Shown here piece after piece: positions 1 through 11,957 of a DNA stretch of 64,000 nt. The notes under the pieces were generated by a model. It did not search any database and was not told the origin of the DNA. It saw nothing but the letters and a program-made list of their open reading frames with translations. Origin of the DNA: Chrysomallon squamiferum (lineage: Eukaryota; Animalia; Mollusca); contig CM022670.1 of the NCBI GenBank assembly GCA_012295275.1, positions 22,630,001-22,694,000 of the forward strand, given 5' to 3'. The number at the start of each line of letters is the position of its first letter. Position 1 is the stretch's first letter. The position numbers were made by a program, and so were the translations under genes.

Positions 1-204
1 ATTCTGATGGCTTAAAAATGTCTCTATATATTTCAAACTGCTCTTTCAAAAAAATTTACTCATTTATTGAGATTTTTATCAGGCATAATGTTTATAAAAA
101 AAAAAGAAAAAAAAAAGATGCACTGAATAAATATTAGTTGTCTTAGTTCATTTTTCAGAAAATGTAAAGAACAAAAACAAAATTATGATTTCTCATAATT
201 TCAG

Positions 205-3200
205 GCCAGCTCCTCTTCTGAAAGATGTAACACTTACAGAATCAAAAGCAAGAGAACTTTATCTAGAATGTATTCACATTATGAGATCTTTATACCATGA
301 ATGTCATCTTATACACGCAGATCTCAGTGAATTCAACTTGCTGTAAGTAACACATGTGAAATAGTCATGGACATCACAGTGACCTGTGCCATACAAAGAT
401 TATAACAAACTGTGAATTTAATGCAGCCTGGGAAAAAAGCAATCACTCACTACAGAATGTTTAATGATAATAATCATTGGATGTGCAATATGGAGTAAAA
501 TATAGGTTATAAGAAAGTTGTATGGCCAACTGATGTTAATAAAAATTTGGCATAAATTTAAACTGAATTTTATACTGATTGTATGGTCATATTATTTAAA
601 CAAAAAAGTTTGCAAAGTAGTTTTATTTTTTCCCTCAGGTTTCATGAAGGTCATCTGTGTGTGATTGATGTATCACAGTCAGTTGAGCATGATCATCCAC
701 ATGCCTTGGAATTTCTGAGGAAAGACTGTACAAATATAACAGGTGAGTCACTTCAGATTTATTTATTAATAATAATACTTCCATGTATATCTGATTATGT
801 GTTTCAAATTCATTTGAATTTACCAAATATGCAAGAGCATCAGAATTGCACTAAATATATGAATTTCAAAAAAAAAAACTCCCTGCAGATGTAGCTATTT
901 TGCTAATATCTTTAAATGTGAATTATCAAAGTTTGACTGAATTTCAGTTTATTTGTATATTTATTATTGAAAAATTACATTTATTTACAGAATATTTCAG
1001 AAAGAATCAAGTGTCAACTATGACAGTTAAGGAACTGTTTGGCTTCATTACTGATTTGGCAATTACAGCAGATAACATTGATGAGTATCTTGACAAAGCT
1101 ATGCAGATTTCAGCAAGTCGAACTTACAAAGATGTTTCTCAGCAGGAGAAGATAGATGAAGAGGTAAATTAAAGTTAATTCATGGAGTCAGGTGATGATT
1201 TACAATCCAACACTGACTGGTTGAAATCAGGTTGAAGAAAAACAAGTTTCTGATGACTCCTCAGTTTTTAAATGTTTAAAAATTAAACAGTGTTTGTTTT
1301 TGTGGGTTTTTAATATTAGAAAATTATGGCAACTAGATATCTATATTAAGTTGGAAACTAAACTGATTTGGGTGGTATTGAAAAAAATCTGGTTGTTTTA
1401 GATAACAAACTGAAAGTATACTTGATAGTAATACTGTGAGATTGTTCTTTAAGTTCAAACTGTTCTTCATTGTGTCAGCATCAGTCTTTCCAGAAAAGAA
1501 ATTTGTTAGATCTGTTTCAGCCTAGTTAGAAGTCAACATTTGCTACAGGTTATTATCATTTATCTTTAAAGTTTAAACTCAGTACACAAACACATACACA
1601 CAAAACAAATCATTTCAAATTTCTGTAGATTCTTGTATCTTCAAGAAAATTAAAATCTATCTCTTATTCACTCAGTATATGTGTATTGAATTATCCAATC
1701 AATATTTTACACAATCAGTTTATTATATATTAAAGTTAGTTAATTTAATCTATCACTAAAGTCATTAATTATTATTCAAATATATCTGTTAAAAACATGC
1801 ACTTCGAATAAGCCATTACAATTCAAATGATGAAATATGCAATCCAACACTTACTTTGTGAAAGAATGCAGAATTAAACTATTTCTGATTATGTTTGAAT
1901 GCATGTGCAATAAATAAAATGTGTACCAACTTTTGACCAGTATGTACAGATTTTCTGTTTATAAATAGCATCCAATCAGTGTTATAGCTTCTGTTTTCAG
2001 AGATCCTTTAATCAGAAAATGTATTTTATTTATAAAACTATTACCTATATTTATCAAGATTCTTTTAAAGATTCTTTTTTTTAAAGATTAGATCATGGAA
2101 TAAAAATCAATTTAGATGTATTTTCTTGTTAATTTCTTTTGGGGACAAAGGGTAGTTCAGACACTCACTAAAGAGTTTTTATTTTAATATTTAAATTTAT
2201 TATACATTATTGATTTTAATATTCTTATGTTAATAATTTTCAGGTTTTCAAACATTCATATATTCCTCGAACTCTGGATGAAGTAATCAACTTTGAGCAA
2301 GATTACCGCAAAGCAAAATTAGGCACAGGAGAAAAAGTAAGTAATACTATTATTAATTTACTAAAATATGTGAATATAAGGTTGAATAATAACTAATATT
2401 TATGGATGGATGACATTCTGTTTGGCAGTAAATCACATGATGATAAAAAGATCCAACTCTCACTGGTTTCACAACCAGGATGCAGAATCTCAACACTGAT
2501 GATTTACTTCTGTGCAAAATAGAAATGACATTGTCCTGCAGATTGTTAGATAACTGTTCTGAAAAGAGCTGTATTCTTATTCTCTGAACATAATGAACAA
2601 ATTTCTAAGTATTATAAATTTTTTGAAAGATCTTGTAGAATGAAAATTGAGGATTTAGTGTTTAATTATCAAAAGGTTTAATTTATTTCTGATCAGATAT
2701 CAGTATCTGATCGACAAGCAACCTGTTAAATATTTTGTCTGGGTTAACTCTAAATGTGGCTTTCTAAGTTTTATATGTCATTAGGTTACTTATTTATGAT
2801 TTACGTTAATTATAATACAGGAGTCATTATTTAAATACAATTTTGTGGGTTTTTCAAAAATAAAAATGAATTGTAGTATTAACAGTTGTGTTTGTTTTCA
2901 GGTTTTGTATCATACAGTAACTGGTTTAAATCAAGATCTGTCAGGTGTACAAGAGGTAATTTTGATTTTCTTAAAAATTTTAATTTGTTAAAGATAATGA
3001 ATTCTACATTATTTTTTATCAATAAATATATTTATCAGTATAAAATCATTGTGAAAAAATGTTGAACTCTTGAAAGTAGTCTTTTAATGTTCGTGCATAA
3101 ATTGGACCACAAATTACATACCTCAAATTCCATACATAGTTTTCCATTTTATTAATAGATATTCAGTAATAGATATTCAAACCTTGTACTTTTTGGAAGC

Positions 3201-5061
3201 CATTACATTTTATTGTGAATCATATGATGATAAAGAGATCCAACTCCCACTGGTTTTACAATCAGGATGCAGAATCTCAACACTGACGATTTACATCTGT
3301 ACAAAATAGTGTTACTCTAAAGAACATTAGAAAATGTAGCTGAATAAGAAATACTTTAGTGATGATATATTCGAGTCTGTTAATCCTACAAAAGTAAAAA
3401 TATTGGTTTGGTGAAATTTGAAGACAATATTTTTACATACCTGGATTCACCGATCAGAATATGTATGTATTTTAGTTGCATATGAAATAATTTCTACCGT
3501 AAATGCTACAAACTTTAGTTCCAACCGAGTACCTGTTTGCCAGCTCTTATCTAATTAGATTTAGAAACCTCTTTACTTTGATGGCTTCTGTATGTTGTTA
3601 AGAATGCTGATTATGTAATTAATTTTATATATATAATTTATATTTATATATATATTATTTTTCAGACTCCTCATTTGCTGGACAGATCTAAAGATCCTGA
3701 AACTTGTGAAAGACTTAGTGAGGATGTGTCTGATTCAGAAAGTAACAGTTCTGGTTCAGAGTCAGATAGTGATGGGACAGGGTCCCAGTTTGATGAAGAA
3801 CAAGATAAAAAACACAAAAACAAAAACATAGTTAGATTAAGAGATGAATCACCTAACAGTAAGAAGGTGAGATTCATTCAGTGTTAGTTAGTTTAGAAAA
3901 ATATATTTGTTATACTGATAAACATGTTGTTTGATAGTTGTGTGTTATTGAAAAATGTTGAGCTGAGGTTAGATCAAGAAGTAACCCACTTTTCTTCTTC
4001 TTTTTTTTTTTTTTTTTACAGAACATTTATGGCTTGTTACAACTTAATCATTTTCAAAACTGTTCATTTTAGACACTGCATTAATGTTAGTTTCAATAGT
4101 TTGTATTGTGTGACAACTTTGTTATTTATCAGGAATATTTATCATTTTCATCCATTATATATAAATTAGTAATAATGTTGTTGTCTTTTTTTCTTTTTTT
4201 TCTTACCCAAAATGATAATAGATTTTGCTTTTTTGTTAATGAACATTTTCTTGGTAAATAAAAAATAAAAAATAGTTTTGATATAATCAGGAAGTTACAA
4301 GATGTGTTAAGAGATCAAGTTTTAAATAAGAAGGGTTCTGAAGAATAAAAAGGTTTTAATCTTGTTTTTGTAACAAGTTGTTATCTGTTAATGATAATTT
4401 ATATCACTGGTTTCTGATGTAGAATTACTGCAGAGCATTGAAGATAATCTGTTATCAGTTTTTCCTATAAATCAAAGAATGAATAAGAGTAAAGAATGAA
4501 TAAGACTGTGACGGGTATTCACCTCTGGTCATGAATTATGCCTTCTGGGATTGAAAAAAGATATCTGTTTATATGATGAAATAAGAGATCCAACTCCTAC
4601 TGGTTTATACACCAGGATGCAGAATCTCCTCTCTGATAATTTTAAAAATATTAAAAAAATTTAGCTTAAAGACTGCTACTTTACTGATCATTTTCTAGAA
4701 CTTTGTACCTTACTAATAAGAGATCCAGTAGAGTCACTTTAACAACATTACATATTTTATACTACTTAGTTCCTGTCTAGATTGTAAAAAGAGAGCAGGA
4801 TTTTTTTTTTAAATGAATGTGAATTAAAGTTCTGCTTTATTGCATTTTACTGATTTTTTTTTTTTTTGATTTTTTTTTTACTTATTTATCTGTATCATGT
4901 ATTCCATTCAAATAATTTATATTTCTTTTCCTTTTTGATTTTTTTAGTTAAGGAAAAAGTTGACAAAAGAAGCTCACAGAGAAAAAAGGAAAACAAAAAT
5001 TCCTAAACATATAAAGAAAAGAAAAGAGAAAATTGCAAAGCAAGGCAAACCAAGTCACTGA
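205..5061 (+). CDS. RIOK1: Serine/threonine kinase RIO1 (40S biogenesis), 3' part; 5' exons lie outside the window
   Basis: Exons 205-342, 639-742, 991-1163, 2244-2336, 2902-2955, 3666-3866, 4948-5061 join in frame through GT-AG introns. They encode PAPLLKD...[45 protein letters not shown], an acidic/Ser-rich tract and the RIOK1-type basic tail [25 protein letters not shown] at 5059-5061, AATAAA at 5125-5130. Confidence 0.96.
1184..1260 (+). ncRNA. Intronic box C/D snoRNA A; predicted 28S rRNA guide (SNORD69-like target)
   Basis: Terminal stem GGAGTCA/TGACTCC, box C GTGATGA 1192-1198, guide ACAATCCAACA 1202-1212, D' CTGA 1213-1216, box D CTGA 1250-1253. The guide is complementary to the conserved LSU sequence GUUGGAUUGU next to the A-loop. 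Confidence 0.85.
1821..1900 (+). ncRNA. Intronic box C/D snoRNA B; same predicted 28S target as A
   Basis: Box C ATGATGA 1827-1833, guide GCAATCCAACA 1839-1849, D' CTTA, box D CTGA 1885-1888, flanking stem ATTCAAA/TTTGAAT. Confidence 0.72.
2427..2508 (+). ncRNA. Intronic box C/D snoRNA C; predicted 18S rRNA guide (SNORD19-like target)
   Basis: 9-bp terminal stem AGTAAATCA/TGATTTACT, box C 2437-2443, guide AAGATCCAACT 2448-2458 (complement of 18S AGUUGGAUCU), D' CTCA, internal stem CTGGTT/AACCAG, box D CTGA 2496-2499. Confidence 0.87.
3214..3295 (+). ncRNA. Intronic box C/D snoRNA D; paralog of C
   Basis: Stem TGTGAATC/GATTTACA, box C 3224-3230, guide GAGATCCAACT 3235-3245, box D CTGA 3283-3286; near-identical to 2427-2508. 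Confidence 0.85.
4569..4640 (+). ncRNA. Intronic box C/D snoRNA E; paralog of C and D
   Basis: Box C ATGATGA 4573-4579, guide GAGATCCAACT, internal stem CTGGT/ACCAG, box D CTGA 4633-4636; the terminal stem is weak (TTAT/ATAA). Confidence 0.78.
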
Positions 5062-6826
5062 GAAGAAGACTGGTTTAAAAATAACTTTGTACATTTGTGA
5101 TATAAAACTGTATATACGCTTTCAAATAAAATGATTCTATTGTAACAACTAAAAAGTGTTTTATATTTCTTTTGTGTGTTAATTTACAACTTCATATTTA
5201 TTTAAATGATTTTTAATTTCTAGGAGTCTGAAAATATTAAGAAACTGGGTAACTGAAAGTAGTGAAATATACTTTGTTGTGTCTGTGGAAATTGATTTTA
5301 TTGCTGACAGTGAATTTTTACAGTCATATGCTTTAGTTATTGCCATTATTTTAAATTATTAACTATAATTTCCCAGCCAAAAATGGATTGAATATTTATG
5401 TCCCTAAATTTTATTAATGGATGTTATTTTAAAAAATGTTATTTTTGGCAAGTATAATGATCAAACTGGTTATTGTAGCCACATTTTTCTCAACAATTTA
5501 GTTTTTAAAAGGGGATAAGAGTATTTCATGTAACTTGGATCAAGTAAGTGGATTTTATCATGAGAAGAATTACAGTACACAACAGTGGTCAGTTTGATGA
5601 GCTGGAATGTATTCATACCATTTCACACATTCCAGCTTAATTAGTTTTAAAATTGTTCCTTTTATTTTATTTTTTTTTTTTGGTTGTGTGAATAATGAAA
5701 AATATGATCCACTAAAATAAATTACAGTGTGGTGATAATTGTTTTAATTGGAATTTTTAATAAATTCCACATTGTCCTCTAATCATTTATTTCACTATCT
5801 GTAAAATAATTTGATACAGTTTTTATTTCTGAAATTTTTTGGAAATAAAGTAAAATTTAGTTCAGTGGAAGAAATAAATAAATTAACTTTTCACTAGATA
5901 AACATTAAAATTTCAATTTCAGTTACTTATTTTTCGTGTGTGTGTGTGTGTATATATGTATATATATATATATATATATATAATTAATTAAAAAACAAAT
6001 AATAAAGTAATAATTAATGCCAATCCTCAAACCAAAATGTACAAATACTTTTTCTGTTTTCAACATATGTTCATGAAATGTTGCTTGCTACACCAATGGA
6101 AATCAGTTTAAAGAAGAAAAAAAGAGAAGAAAGTAAATGTCAATTTATTGCATTAACAATGAACCAGTAGACCATGACTGCTTTCACGTTTAACGACACA
6201 CCACGATAGCTTTTAAAAAAAAAGTAAGAAAGAAAGAAACCGCCTGCTTATTTATAGTTGAAAATCCAGTTTGTGTGAAAATCCAGTACATTAAACAATT
6301 CAGCAATGTTACATTCTTTTATCACCTTCGTCATTTGGGGAAAAAAAAAAAATATATTACATCCGACATCGTCTCGTCATATGGAGAAATTTTAATAGTC
6401 TCACTAATCACACTGGCAGAAACATTAAAGTTGCTCGGAACATTTATACTCAGTTTAGTTTTCATACGCATGCCAGCTAGATCGGAATCTTGACAAATAA
6501 TTTATTTTTATTTATTATTTAGTGTCCAAATCATACAATGTCTATTTAAAAATAATAAAAATGTGATAGAAAAAACACCAAATAACATAAATAAAACAGA
6601 TATCAACAAAAACAAACAAACAAACAAACAAACAAAAATAAATAAATAAATAAATAAACAACGACAAAATTAAATTAATGGATCGATAAATGAATTCGAG
6701 TTATCTCCCACGTTTGCAGGCGTCGCTGTTTGGAGCAGCATCTGGGCCAGCGGGTGGATAAAAGGGAAGTTCTGCATTACCTACATTTCTACGGTTTTGC
6801 TCTCAGCCATAAACAGAAAATTAATC

Positions 6827-7877
6827 ATGGGTGTTGAAAAAGAAGTACTTAAAAGTGGAGATGGTTTGTATTACGATTAATAGATAGAGCGAATTTATTA
6901 TTTATTTATTTTATGTTTTAATATTAAATTAAACCGCGGTAATCTTGCAGCTATACTCATACCGGTCTACCCTTGTTTTCAGACATTTTACTCAGTACTT
7001 TATTACGGTGTTCTGGGTTTTTGTTGTTTTTTTTTTTTTTGGGGGGGGTCAATTTTATTTAGTGCAGATACAGAAAAATGATGTAAAATTTATATATGTA
7101 CTTTCGCTTTTCAAATCAACCAATCTTTCCTACACATTGACACAGGTAGCCACGCTTTCGTCATGACCGGTGTACACATAAACTGGTAAAGACATTAACT
7201 GATTCAGTGATTCATTGTAACAGCAGCTACTGAGCTACTGAACGGCGCCGATTTACATTCTGAAAAATACGTGCCTTTTTATACCACTGTATTGTATTTC
7301 ATAAAGAAAATTGAATTGAAAGTATAAAGGTATATATAATACTTAATAGCTATGTTACTTTACGTACATGCATTTTTCATAAAATAGACCGGCACTGCTC
7401 AGTAGACTGACTATATAAGTATATTCGGTGATAAGGCGGACTCGATTGCTGTGATTTTTTGTTTTTTGTTTTATTACTTGTTCTGATATAAAAAAGCTAA
7501 TATAAAGTTGCATAAATTCATTTTTACGTATCAAATCAACAATTTATTTGTTTCTCAGACAACTGACACGTTGTGTCGAGGAAAAAAAAAAAAAAAAAAA
7601 AATTAAAAAAGTGCCTCTAACCGAAATGAGCCAAGAGCGCTGATATATTTTAGGAAAAGTGGATAATTTAATAGTCTTCAATTTTGTATAAATTTAGAAA
7701 GTTTTTTTTAAAATTATTTTTTGTTGTATCAAGGGAAATATTTGTAATAAAATACTTTAGTGCAGTTTAAATGATTCTTTCTTTTTAGGTAAAACATTTC
7801 CCACCAAGGGTAAGAAGGTGACAGTTCATTATACAGGTAATATAACATTTTATTATTATTATTATTTTTTATTTTTT

Positions 7878-7926
<49 letters not shown>

Positions 7927-10703
7927 TCGCTGTTACTTTTTTTCTTGTGAAATAAAAAACGAAAAAATTGTAATTTGTTTGATTCTTTTAAAAGTATATT
8001 TATGTGTTTGGTTTTAACATTTTTGATGTATAATGTTAGTTTTATGTATTATGGAAATGTTCTTGTATTTTAGGAACATTAGCTGATGGCAAGAAATTTG
8101 ATTCATCCAGGGATCGTGGCCAGCCTTTTAAATTCACAATTGGAATGGGTGAAGTTATCAGAGGTTTGTTGGTTCAGTGATTAGTATTTACATTGCTTGT
8201 ATTTGTTTTGCAGACTGATTGGGATATTTCATTATAGAGTTGCTGAAATAAATGCAATTTTTGTTGGAGCGGTCTTAATGTTTCAATATAATAAAATGAT
8301 TAGAGATAAAAACTATTTTTGATTACAATCAGTAAGAATGCAAGTGATATAAATGGTTCAACTGTTAGCTTTTAAAAAAAATAATTCTCATTAAAATCAT
8401 TAATACTTAACAACAGCTTGTCAAACTATAAAAATATAGGAATCTGCAATTTTGGGTACTGACACCTGGATAAATTACTAAGGTACTTATGGGCCAGAAC
8501 TGATGCTTCATTCGTGTAGTAAATCATAATATCAGAAAACTTGTACCACCCAGCTCAATATACCACACTAAATTTATCATCAATGTTGATGTTGCAAACA
8601 GGTTTGACAGTATTATGTATATACACTAATATATTGAACTGAAACCATTACTACTTTTAGTTTATAAATAAAAAGTCACCATATTTTGGCAGTGCTAAAT
8701 AAAATAGTTAAAGGTAATTTTATTTAACAGAAAAAATCTTTCAGAAATAATTTTAAAATATTAATTTCCTTTTTGAATAATTAATATTAATGAACTATTT
8801 TTTGCAGGTTGGGATGAAGGTGTTGCAGGCGTGAGTTGTTTTTTGTTTAATTTAAGGTTGATTATAACAAACGTATCTTGTTTAAATAATGGACATATTC
8901 TTTTATGTTGGCTAAAGATTATTATATTTAAAATACAGTAATTTGAGGATTTTGGGTCTAAATACAAATAATCTGGACAGATATTTATATATAAACATGT
9001 TTTAAACTGAAATTAAGAATATTAACTTTGATTTGAAAATATATAATGTTATAATATTACATACCAATTGTTTATCTAAATAATCACTTTAAAATGATGC
9101 TAATTCTGTTGCTGGTAACAAATAGTGTAATTTGAAAATAAGCAAAAAACAACAACAAACAATCAGAAATTGTCAACAAAGGCCATGCACCTTTAAAATA
9201 TTATTTCACTGATAAGCTATAGTAATATATATATGTATATTTACTTAACTTGACTAATTAACTGAAGTAATGCCATATTTTATTGTTTTCTGTGGACTGC
9301 GCTTTCACTGGATAAACACAGTATAATCAAATGCTTCTACAGTTACATCTAATTTTTTACACCAATATCCAGATATCTAGTAAACTAACCAATTAATGCT
9401 AACCTGAAAAAGAAAATTTGCTTTTGCGAAATATTTTTATTTAATTAATGAAAACAATTATTCTCTTCAAGTAACAGATGCAGATGTAATTTCTTCCTGG
9501 TTAATAGTGTATAAAGCAAGAAATTTTAACATTTTTTTTTTTCTTTTTTATTATGTTGAATTAATACTGGTACACTTTTATTTCACCCTTTATTTGAAAC
9601 ATTAATCTGTTTAGGTTAAATAGTGAAAAATGGATAAAGCTTGTATTTTATGTAGGTCAAGTAAGGATATACATTACAATTTTGATTACCCAATTTACAG
9701 ATGTCCAAAGGTGAGCAGGCCAAATTAACCATCTCTGCAGACTATGGATATGGTAAAGATGGAGCTGGCAATGTATATCCTTTAAAAAGATTTAGTAAAG
9801 GATAATGTCAGGTGTGTTTACAAGGAATATTAGCATTTTAATGAAATACCTGGGTAATTAAAATTGAATTTAGATACATTTTCTTTCAATGTTTATATTG
9901 TTTTTCAATTTTTATTGTTTCTGAAAAAATACTTCCCCCCCCCATTTTAAAGAGCAGAAAGTAGTTGTAGTATTTTATTTTGCCTTCTCTCAAAGTTTTT
10001 GTAGATTTTTCAGGAAGTCTTTTTTAATTTTTCATTCTACTTGTATGCTTGCTTGCTTTGTGTATCAGGGATTTTAATTTATATATTATAACTGTAGAAC
10101 ATGTCTAATCGTCTGGTTTGCAAGCTGATATTTCACATTTTTAAAGCTTTTTCACAATTTTATTATTTGTAAATGAATAACTAATTGGACAAGAAGATTA
10201 TCCATTAAGCACTGGCTTCTTTACTTAGCTGTACAGTTCCGAGTATATATCTGAACATTTTGTTCGATAGCTTGTTTGGTGATTGCAGATGTCAAAAGGT
10301 GAAAGGGCTAAGTTAACCATTTCTTCAGACTATGCTTATGGTGAAAAATCTTTCAGTGATCTATATCCTTTAAATTCAAAATAGGCATAGTTTAAAACAT
10401 TTCATCACTAATTCTTTTTAGCTGCTATGTGTCTTTTTGTTTTTCTCCTGTCTGTGCATTAATTTATTTTTATTCATTTTTATTTATTTTCAATGCAAAA
10501 ATCTGTATCATGAGATTTAACCAATATTATTTTAATGAAAAATAACAAAACTTTTTTTTAATTATCATTTATAATGGAGAGGTTTTTTCTGGGGTTGAGC
10601 TTTTTTTTTTTCCTGCAATGTTTTACAATAAATTTCCTTAACCTGTTCTACTATTCCACCGAACGCAACTCTGATCTTTGATGTGGAGCTGTTGGACTGT
10701 TGA
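6827..10703 (+). CDS. FKBP1A: FK506-binding protein 12 (FKBP1-type peptidyl-prolyl isomerase), 107 aa, two isoforms
   Basis: Exons 6827-6863, 7789-7836, 8074-8163, 8808-8830, (9701-9774 or 10289-10362), 10652-10703 total 324 nt: [71 protein letters not shown]...[16 protein letters not shown]. Presumably co-orthologous to vertebrate FKBP1A and FKBP1B. It is absent from the ORF track because all exons are short. Confidence 0.95.
7879..7925. repeat. Poly(T) tract in FKBP intron 2
   Basis: Run of about 47 T. Confidence 0.9.
9701..9774 (+). CDS. FKBP1A: FKBP12 mutually exclusive exon 5a ([25 protein letters not shown])
   Basis: TTTACAG acceptor, 74 nt, followed directly by the U12 donor ATATCCTTT at 9775. 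Confidence 0.92.
9775..10651 (+). other. U12-type (minor spliceosome) AT-AC intron with two alternative donors (9775 and 10363)
   Basis: ATATCCTTT donors, branch site TTCCTTAAC 10634-10642, AC acceptor 10650-10651; splicing there restores the FKBP frame (V/L-IPPNATL). Confidence 0.93.
10289..10362 (+). CDS. FKBP1A: FKBP12 mutually exclusive exon 5b ([25 protein letters not shown])
   Basis: TTGCAG acceptor, 74 nt, same phase as 5a, open frame, followed by the U12 donor ATATCCTTT at 10363. Confidence 0.9.
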
Positions 10704-11597
10704 TGAGCATGGCAGACAGAATTTTCTATTTTTTAATTATTATAGACTAGAATCTCAAATTTGTATAAGCTCTAGATTTAACACAAGTATTTTCCTATCT
10801 AAACATGGTTTTCTAATTGTTGTCCAAACAACAAAACTGTAAAATTTCTAAACCATAGCTAATGAACATTATCAAATAAATTTCAGCAAGAATATGCTAT
10901 GAATAAATATGTTTAAGACATTTAAAATATTTTAAAGACATTTTACTGACTTTAAGATTTGAGCATTTATCAAAACACTGAAACCACATTCATTTTGTTT
11001 TTTTTATAAAAAAAGGTAATAAATCAAATAAACATAATTTTCTTGCATAAAACAAATTGATTTTTGCTTATGTTTAAATATAGTAAGAGACTGAAAACCA
11101 CATAAATGTTTGTATGGTATTAAGTTATTCTACCTACCCCAAAAACTAACAATTTCAGCAGTCATTATTATGTACCATAATGTATGATGCTGCATTGTTA
11201 TGTTATAAACTGTTTGTGCTTTGAGCAAAATGTTTATTTATACATTGTTTTTATTACCTCTGTTTTTATATTTACTAAAAATAAAAACTACAATTCATTT
11301 ATCAAGTCATGCTAAGTAGAAGTTGGTATTGTTTCTACATATTTGTTCAGACTGAAGAAAATGACATAAAATAATCACTGCTACAGCTGGAATCTGTTCA
11401 GTTGTAAATTAACCACATTACATTTTCCCCTGTGTTTGTAACAATATAAGGAATTAATGATGGTATGATAATAAAATAATTATGATGTTGCTCAGTTTAA
11501 TACCTGGTGGTGGAAATTTCTTTTTAGATATGATTTAAACAGATTTTCATAACAAAAACATTTATAATCATTGTTCAAATCACGTTCTTCATGTTCA

Positions 11598-11957
11598 TCT
11601 GATTTTCAAGAACTGCATTAGATACATTTATTAAAATGTTTTGATCATATTTCGGTAAAATATTTATGTAAAGTTTAAATTTTGAAATTTAAATAAATAA
11701 AATCATTAACATTTGCATTTACTTCTATAATAATTTTGTGCCATTTCATACAGATGAAATTTGACCTGTTACACTGTTCTGATTTTCAGGATCTGCATTA
11801 GATATGTTTATTAAAATGTTTTGATCATACTTCAGTAAAATATTTCTGAAAATTTTATTTTTGAAATTTAAATAAATGAAATCATTAACATTTACATTTA
11901 CTTCTGTAATAATGTTGTGCTGCTTCATACAGATGAAATTTGACCTGTTACACTGTT
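11598..11957. repeat. Tandem duplication, two copies of about 180 bp
   Basis: 11598-11777 and 11778-11957 both begin TCTGATTTTCA and end CAGATGAAATTTGACCTGTTACACTGT, with scattered substitutions. Confidence 0.92.

Noticed and set aside
2484-2495. Possible second (box D) guide AGAATCTCAACA in snoRNAs C and D
   Set aside because: Only about 7 nt match any rRNA segment I can recall, and the sequence differs in copy E.
3671-3877. Minus-strand Ser-rich ORF
   Set aside because: Antisense shadow of the acidic RIOK1 exon.
4715-4730. ATAAGAGATCCA resembling the snoRNA guide
   Set aside because: No box C or D context; at most a relic of another copy.
5598-5639. Hairpin TGAGCTGGAATGT/ACATTCCAGCTTA containing the miR-1 seed
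   Set aside because: A 13-bp stem is too short for a pre-miRNA and the similarity stops after 9 nt; it also lies past the RIOK1 poly(A) signal.
9651-9666. TAG|GTCAA|GTAAGG as an extra FKBP exon
   Set aside because: It would leave a 40-nt intron before 5a, would frameshift, and has no FKBP similarity.
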